From NCBI GenBank assembly GCA_003144275.1, contig NJBF01000056.1, positions 1 through 15,492 on the forward strand: a DNA stretch of 15,492 bases, in the 5' to 3' direction. Below are positions 15,206 to 15,492 of this stretch, in pieces. Under the pieces are notes generated by a model, which searched no databases, was not told the origin of the DNA, and was given only the letters and a program-made list of their open reading frames with translations. The translations under genes and the position numbers were made by a program. The DNA comes from Candidatus Heimdallarchaeota archaeon B3_Heim (lineage in GTDB: Archaea > Asgardarchaeota > Heimdallarchaeia > Hodarchaeales > Hodarchaeaceae). Each line of letters begins with the position of its first letter. Positions within the stretch are counted from its first letter, which is position 1.

Positions 15206-15492
15206 CAGTACTTCGTATCACCCCCTCGAAAACACCACCAGTCCTTTAAAAAGCGCACGATGCCATGAAGTACGGATGAATTCACAGAAATCATTAGCTG
15301 TATAAACAAAATCGACACGACAACGACGACTAGTTGATTTTAAGAAATCAAGTGGAGATTTAAAATAGGCCCAGAAATTACATAACCAAAATGCGAGAAG
15401 AACGATAATAAATCGGACAGCTGGGTGTTGGGAGCAACTAAAAATCTGAAAGCGATGCATCTGCCTATAATAGGTCTCAATCGTGAAACGCT
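15206..15492 (-). mobile_element. ISH3-type (IS4-like DDE) insertion sequence, downstream end; continues beyond the window
   Basis: Terminus CAGTACTTCG at 15206 matches the CRGT end described for the ISH3 family; the transposase stop (15218-15220) lies just inside it. Confidence 0.75.
15218..15490 (-). CDS. DDE transposase, C-terminal 90 aa (partial)
   Basis: The frame is open to the window edge: RFTIETYYRQMHRFQIFSCSQHPAVRFIIVLLAFWLCNFW matches the ISH3/IS4-type R-(W/F)-x-IE-xx-(Y/F)R...S....VR......A..L.N.W motif containing the catalytic Glu. The track's Met 15460 is internal. Confidence 0.85.
   Translation of the reverse strand, partial: RFTIETYYRQMHRFQIFSCSQHPAVRFIIVLLAFWLCNFWAYFKSPLDFLKSTSRRCRVDFVYTANDFCEFIRTSWHRALFKGLVVFSRG

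Noticed and set aside
1-15492. tRNA, rRNA or TnpB omegaRNA
   Set aside because: No cloverleaf or rRNA-like segment seen; the omegaRNA would lie at the tnpB 3' end, outside the window.

Overview
AT-rich, archaeal-looking DNA, most consistent with an Asgard (Heimdallarchaeia/Hodarchaeales-like) genome. That assignment is an inference from the TATA/GGTGA signals, the ISH3-type element and the style of the TPR protein, not from a database search. Both edges run into mobile-element genes the ORF track misses or truncates: the N-terminus of a TnpB RNA-guided nuclease (minus strand, 1-262, no upstream tnpA seen) and the C-terminus plus terminal repeat of an ISH3-type DDE transposase (15206-end). Between them, in order: an unannotated 44-aa Cys-rich small protein; a TSUP/TauE membrane protein; a divergent M28/DUF4910 and M24 peptidase pair; an alpha/beta hydrolase; a heterodimeric ABC exporter; a ~900-aa TPR + carbon-nitrogen hydrolase (nitrilase-fold) fusion split by one +1 frameshift; a C_GCAxxG_C_C protein; and an AbrB-type regulator + membrane-anchored SAM methyltransferase operon preceded by six 9-bp repeats. 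The most interesting items are the TPR-nitrilase fusion, the orphan TnpB with 10-bp-phased CTAG repeats, the small Cys protein and the AbrB repeat array.
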